Below are positions 60,799 through 64,000 of a stretch of 64,000 bases of DNA, one piece after another. Both the position numbers and the translations under genes were made by a program. Source of the stretch: Candidatus Uhrbacteria bacterium (GTDB lineage: Bacteria > Patescibacteriota > Patescibacteriia > UBA9934); contig JABHCP010000012.1 in NCBI GenBank assembly GCA_018673485.1, positions 30,393 to 94,392 of the forward strand, in the 5' to 3' direction. The first letter of the stretch is position 1. Each line of letters begins with the position of its first letter. Under the pieces are notes generated by a model. That model worked only from the letters and a program-made list of their open reading frames with translations, had not been told where the DNA came from and ran no database searches.

Positions 60799-62271
60799 CT
60801 ACAACGTTTCAATCCAACCGAGAAGTGTGCGTACTCCGAATCCTGTTCCGCCTTTACCTAGGTATGACGCCATTGGTTTTTCCGCAAATGCAGGTCCGGC
60901 AATGTCGATGTGCGCCCACTTTTGATCTTCATTTATAAATTCTTTTAGAAACAGTCCTGCTGTCAATGTTCCGCCATAACGTGAGCTTGAAATATTTCGC
61001 AAGTCAGCAATGTCAGATTCGATCAATTTCGCATACTTTCCATAAAGTGGCATTTCCCACATTTGCTCATCTGATTTTTCTGCGGCCGCCATTAGTGATT
61101 TTGATAAATCTGAGTCATTACCCATTACTGCACTAATTTCCTCGCCGAGTGCCACAACGCATGCGCCTGTCAAAGTCGCAAGATCGACAACATAGTCTGG
61201 TTTTTGTTTTTGTGCGTAAACAAGCGCGTCAGCCAGTGTCAGTCTTCCCTCTGCGTCAGTGTTCAAAATCTCGATAGTTTTATCGTTTGCGGCTCGAACG
61301 ATATCTCCTGGCCGAATAGCCTTTCCAGAAGGCATATTCTCTGTTGCGGCAATGATTCCGTGAACTTCGATATTTGGATTTGTCCTAGCGAGTGCTGCAA
61401 ACAATCCAAGCACTGCGGCCGATCCTGCCATATCGCATTTCATTGTTTCCATGTACTGCGCTGGTTTAATGGATAGTCCGCCTGAGTCAAATGTTACGCC
61501 CTTACCAACAACGGCAACTATTTTCTTTGCTTTTTCTGGCTTGTAGGTTAAGTGGATGAGTCTTGGTTCGGAATCTGCTCCCTGGGCAACAGCAAGATAT
61601 GCATTCATTTTTTTCTTCTCGATCTGCTCGCGGTTGTAAACTCGAACTTTGATGTTGGGTGACATCTTAGCGATCTTCTCTGCGGTTTGTGCTAGCCGTG
61701 TTGGTTTCATGTCCTGCGCTGGAGTGTTTACCAAGTCACGTGCCACTGTCACGCCATCAATGAGCATTTCAGCTTTCTCAATTCCCTTCTGTGCTTTATT
61801 CGCATCACGTCCATCCTCGGCGATCAAATAGATTTCTTCAAGAATGTTTTTTTGCTTTGGTTTTTTGTAAGTATCGAATTGATATGAGGCAAGCAGTAGG
61901 GCTTCGGCTATCTTCTGACCGGTGATTTTAGCATCGAACTTAACATCGTCTTCACCAAAGAGCTCGATGGCAACACTTGTCACTGGAAGTCCTTGTAGAA
62001 ATCCGTAAATAGATCCTGATACCTCACGAAGTGATGCACTGAGATTTGTTTGTTTGCCCAGCCCAACAATTAGTAAGTCCGAAAAGTTAAGCATTTGACC
62101 AGCCTTACCTTCGAATTCTTTTTTCTTAGCGTTTACTTTTAATTTACCGCCAGTTTCCTCACCAAGTCGCAGAATAAAATCATTTTCCCAATTCTCACCC
62201 TCGTAAATTCCAACAATGCGGATATCCACATCCTGAGTTAATATATCTCCTTTTTTTGCTGTGATGTTCAC
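60799..62271 (-). CDS. pepA: Leucyl aminopeptidase (M17)
   Basis: VGKGVTFDSGG, MKCDMAG, NTDAEGRL; GTG start at 62271 inferred. Confidence 0.95.
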   Translation of the reverse strand: MNITAKKGDILTQDVDIRIVGIYEGENWENDFILRLGEETGGKLKVNAKKKEFEGKAGQMLNFSDLLIVGLGKQTNLSASLREVSGSIYGFLQGLPVTSVAIELFGEDDVKFDAKITGQKIAEALLLASYQFDTYKKPKQKNILEEIYLIAEDGRDANKAQKGIEKAEMLIDGVTVARDLVNTPAQDMKPTRLAQTAEKIAKMSPNIKVRVYNREQIEKKKMNAYLAVAQGADSEPRLIHLTYKPEKAKKIVAVVGKGVTFDSGGLSIKPAQYMETMKCDMAGSAAVLGLFAALARTNPNIEVHGIIAATENMPSGKAIRPGDIVRAANDKTIEILNTDAEGRLTLADALVYAQKQKPDYVVDLATLTGACVVALGEEISAVMGNDSDLSKSLMAAAEKSDEQMWEMPLYGKYAKLIESDIADLRNISSSRYGGTLTAGLFLKEFINEDQKWAHIDIAGPAFAEKPMASYLGKGGTGFGVRTLLGWIETL

Positions 62272-62408
62272 AAAGTCTTGTTTATATAAAGGTTTTACCG
62301 ATTTTTGTACGTTTTGTCCAGGAAAAAGATTGGTTCTTAATTTTGACAAGTGTATAAGATCTTGACTATATTGCTATATTTAGCTATTATTCTCGCGAAC
62401 TAAAAGAT

Positions 62409-62540
62409 ATGCCACATTGTACACAAATGAAGCGCAAGAAGGCACGGGCGATTGAAGCCGATAAACGTGTTGTAGCTGCAAGAAAGCGACGAAGAGCTAA
62501 GGCGATTCGTTTGTCAAAGGCAGAAGACGCTGCAAAATAA
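62409..62540 (+). CDS. Small highly basic protein, 43 aa
   Basis: TTGACT-17-TATTAT at 62362-62390, terminator right after TAA; not in ORF track. Confidence 0.65.
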   Translation: MPHCTQMKRKKARAIEADKRVVAARKRRRAKAIRLSKAEDAAK

Positions 62541-62543
62541 AAA

Positions 62544-62576
62544 TACCCTTTCGATTCGTTCGAGAGGGTGTTTTTT
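62544..62576 (+). terminator. Terminator, exact 33-bp duplicate of 63342-63374
   Basis: TACCCTTTCGATTCGTTCGAGAGGGTGTTTTTT. Confidence 0.85.
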
Positions 62577-62650
62577 ATCCCCAATGTTGTTGTTTGAGTT
62601 ACCGTTCTCATATAAAATAAAAATATAAAAAAATATTTAAATATTTCAAT

Positions 62651-63322
62651 ATGGGCGAACAAATACAGAAAAATCCTGAAGAGACTGTAGATCCAGCGGA
62701 AAGTGGTGAGATTAACTCGTCAGAGAAATCCGATGGTGAGCAGGAAGCCGATAGCCTGAAAAATGAATTGAAGGGTCTTTTGGGCGATGAAGATAGTAGC
62801 TTTGGGAAGCGAAGAGCTCGGGTTGATGCCATGGATAGATTAAAAGGTGAAGTCGGTGTAGAGGGTATGTTCCAGGAGATTATTTCTGCAAACGAAGAAG
62901 GTATGTTGGAGGATTCATTGATGTACGATCTTATTGGAAGGTATGTAAGAGAACATCTTCTCGGTACCGCAAAGATTCAGGCAAGAGGTAAGTTTTTCAG
63001 GCGTCAATATGAAAAATCACCATTGATTAAAGATGCGCCATTACGGGAAATGATTCAAGCAGTTCTTGATGAACTATTGTCAATAACTTCCTTTGACAAA
63101 GATATTCAAAATATTGCATTACAAGAGTTTGTTAATGAATATGATTCCCGGGTTATTGAGGAGGAGCGTAATGTGGAGGATGGTCAATGGAGGGCAAATG
63201 AAGCCAACTCAGAAGAAGATCGTCAAATGTGGCTTCGTAGAAAGAAGCATAGTGAGGCAGAAGTTATCAAGCGGCAAGCTAATAGAGATGAAGTTGAGGA
63301 AATGATCGCAGCGCTTAAATAA
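62651..63322 (+). CDS. Hypothetical charged helical protein
   Basis: 223-aa ORF between duplicated terminators. Confidence 0.7.
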   Translation: MGEQIQKNPEETVDPAESGEINSSEKSDGEQEADSLKNELKGLLGDEDSSFGKRRARVDAMDRLKGEVGVEGMFQEIISANEEGMLEDSLMYDLIGRYVREHLLGTAKIQARGKFFRRQYEKSPLIKDAPLREMIQAVLDELLSITSFDKDIQNIALQEFVNEYDSRVIEEERNVEDGQWRANEANSEEDRQMWLRRKKHSEAEVIKRQANRDEVEEMIAALK

Positions 63323-63504
63323 ATTTCACGTAAAATAAAAGTACCCTTTCGATTCGTTCGAGAGGGTGTTTTTTTATACATAGATTGGATTGACATATTG
63401 TACTGAGGTTGCTAATCTTTCCGCGCCTTTCGCAGAAATGAAGCGGAGGGGGAATGAACCCATGAATGTCTAACCTTCCTGGTAGACAAGAGGAGAAGTA
63501 CGTT

Positions 63505-64000
63505 ATGCAGAACTTTGCATACCTTGTGCCCGCAGCGGGTATCTTGGCGTTGATCTACGCCTTCATCAAGACCCAGTGGATCAACAGGCAAGATCCGGGT
63601 GACGCGAAGATGCAGGAGATCGGTCTGGCTATCCGTGAAGGAGCCATGGCCTTCCTGGCCACTGAGTACAAGGTCCTCGCGATCTTCGTCGCGGTGGTCG
63701 CGGTCCTCCTGGGCGTCGTCAACTTCATGCAGATCGGTCCGTCGGCATCGTTCGTTTCGTTGTCCTTTGTCGTCGGTGCAGGCTGCTCTGGCTTGGCTGG
63801 CTTCATCGGGATGCGAGTGGCTACTGCCGCCAACGTTCGTACCACGGCTGCAGCTCGCACCAGCCTTCCCGACGCTCTCCAGGTCGCCTTCTCCGGCGGC
63901 GCTGTCATGGGCATGTCCGTGGTCGGTTTGGCACTGCTCGGGCTCGGTGGTCTCTACCTGCTCTACATCGCCATGTTCGGTGGTGGTCCCGAGGCCGATC
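63505..64000 (+). CDS. hppA: Membrane-bound Na+/H+-translocating pyrophosphatase (3'-partial)
   Basis: My translation: [45 protein letters not shown]; GAGGAG SD; TTGACA-17-TAATCT at 63390-63418. Confidence 0.93.
   Translation, partial: MQNFAYLVPAAGILALIYAFIKTQWINRQDPGDAKMQEIGLAIREGAMAFLATEYKVLAIFVAVVAVLLGVVNFMQIGPSASFVSLSFVVGAGCSGLAGFIGMRVATAANVRTTAAARTSLPDALQVAFSGGAVMGMSVVGLALLGLGGLYLLYIAMFGGGPEAD

Overview
Bacterial chromosomal DNA (genetic code 11). Gene content points to Patescibacteria/CPR, probably ABY1-like (inference). The backbone is housekeeping: glycosyltransferases and O-antigen ligase, fmt/def, degenerate priA, clpB with a perfect CIRCE, gltX, ftsQ, alr, serS, lysS, greA, mreBC-mrdA, a UvrD-nuclease, a full F1Fo atp operon, tatD, metG, rsmI, sod/ahpC/grx, pepA and the 5' part of hppA. 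The unusual content is mostly non-coding. (1) A ~610-nt GC-rich, highly structured minus-strand RNA with its own promoter lies between clpB and tRNA-Ala(GGC). (2) A promoter- and terminator-bounded pair of aberrant tRNA-like genes, one with a duplicated D+anticodon arm and one with a 6-nt anticodon loop. (3) A tandem three-hairpin sRNA upstream of the atp operon. (4) GC-rich solo gene cassettes with structured leaders, one enclosed by a 17-bp leader-trailer helix. (5) Several families of miniature palindromic repeats that nest in each other and sit in-frame inside three proteins. Everything was read by eye; no database searches or folding programs were run.
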